Part shown: positions 4,847 to 5,383 of the stretch, in pieces
How positions within the stretch are numbered: the stretch's first letter is position 1
How the letters are laid out: each line of letters starts with the position of its first letter
IMG/VR virus record: IMGVR_UViG_2684622670_000007
Span: 1 to 5,383 of that record
Direction: 5' to 3' (one strand)
Source: a virus
Taxonomy: Duplodnaviria; Heunggongvirae; Uroviricota; Caudoviricetes
Length of the DNA stretch: 5,383 nt
The notes under the pieces: generated by a model
What the model was told of the DNA's origin: nothing
Databases searched by the model: none
Seen by the model: the letters and a program-made list of their open reading frames with translations, nothing else
Translations under genes and position numbers: made by a program

Positions 4847-5296
4847 ATGGAAGAACAAGCAAACAAGATTCTCGTAGAACTACTGCAAAAAGCCAGTAAT
4901 GGAATAGACGCGGCTGTTTCATTTAGCCAGGCACAGATTCCTGATGTTGTTCATCAGTTGCTGCTATGGAATATGGTTGACAGTCTGATTAAAACATTAA
5001 TAGCCATTCTAACAATCCCACTGGTTTTCTGGTTTATGAAGAAGCAGTGCCAAAGAGTTGAGACAGGTAAAATCGGTGATGAAGGATACTCATGGGAAAG
5101 GGGAAATCCCAAATACAGGCCGACAATGGTTTGGGATAGCAAAGGAGATATTAACCTTCTTATCATGCCATTGGTTGGAGTTTTGACTCTGTGGGGGATT
5201 TTTATTATTGGTGTAGTAACCAATATGACTTGGTTAAAAATTTGGCTGGCCCCAAAACTTTACCTTATCGAATATGCAGCATCATTGGTTAAGTAA
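4847..5296 (+). CDS. Hypothetical membrane protein (149 aa, two predicted transmembrane helices)
   Basis: SD AAGG (4837-4840) 6 nt before the ATG. Hydrophobic segments LIKTLIAILTIPLVFWFM and LLIMPLVGVLTLWGIFIIGVV. Low-GC, divergent from the SieB-like gene. No homologue recognised. Confidence 0.55.
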   Translation: MEEQANKILVELLQKASNGIDAAVSFSQAQIPDVVHQLLLWNMVDSLIKTLIAILTIPLVFWFMKKQCQRVETGKIGDEGYSWERGNPKYRPTMVWDSKGDINLLIMPLVGVLTLWGIFIIGVVTNMTWLKIWLAPKLYLIEYAASLVK

Positions 5297-5383
5297 TTTC
5301 AGGCCGCATAATCGTCCTTTATTTTTGGCATAAACAACAGAATAAACACTGCACTGTGTATTCATTCCAACGAGTGAATACAC

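Noticed and set aside
4954-5223. 89-aa minus-strand ORF
   Set aside because: Antisense inside the 149-aa membrane protein gene; no RBS.

Overview
This window is the immunity and replication-initiation region of a lambdoid (lambda/P22-type) prophage, probably enterobacterial. All calls rest on reading the sequence and the supplied ORF translations; no database search was run. Minus strand (early-right operon, right to left): PR, cro-like repressor, nutR (boxA + boxB), cII-like activator with a PRE-type TTGC-N6-TTGT site over its 5' end, a 90-aa unknown ORF, an O-like initiator carrying an internal iteron origin, and the N-terminus of a DnaB-family helicase running off the left edge. Plus strand: PRM, a cI-like repressor (HTH + S24 autopeptidase), then a small AT-rich membrane/coiled-coil ORF in the position of lambda rexAB, ending in a strong intrinsic terminator. 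Further right: OL/PL, nutL, a short N-like antiterminator (GTG start), then a convergent SieB-like membrane protein and a divergent 149-aa two-TM protein. The OR and OL operators share a 14-bp ATAAC-N4-GTTAT consensus. The best candidates for undescribed accessory or defence functions are the rex-position membrane ORF and the SieB-like/149-aa pair; both are low-GC insertions at known prophage moron hotspots.
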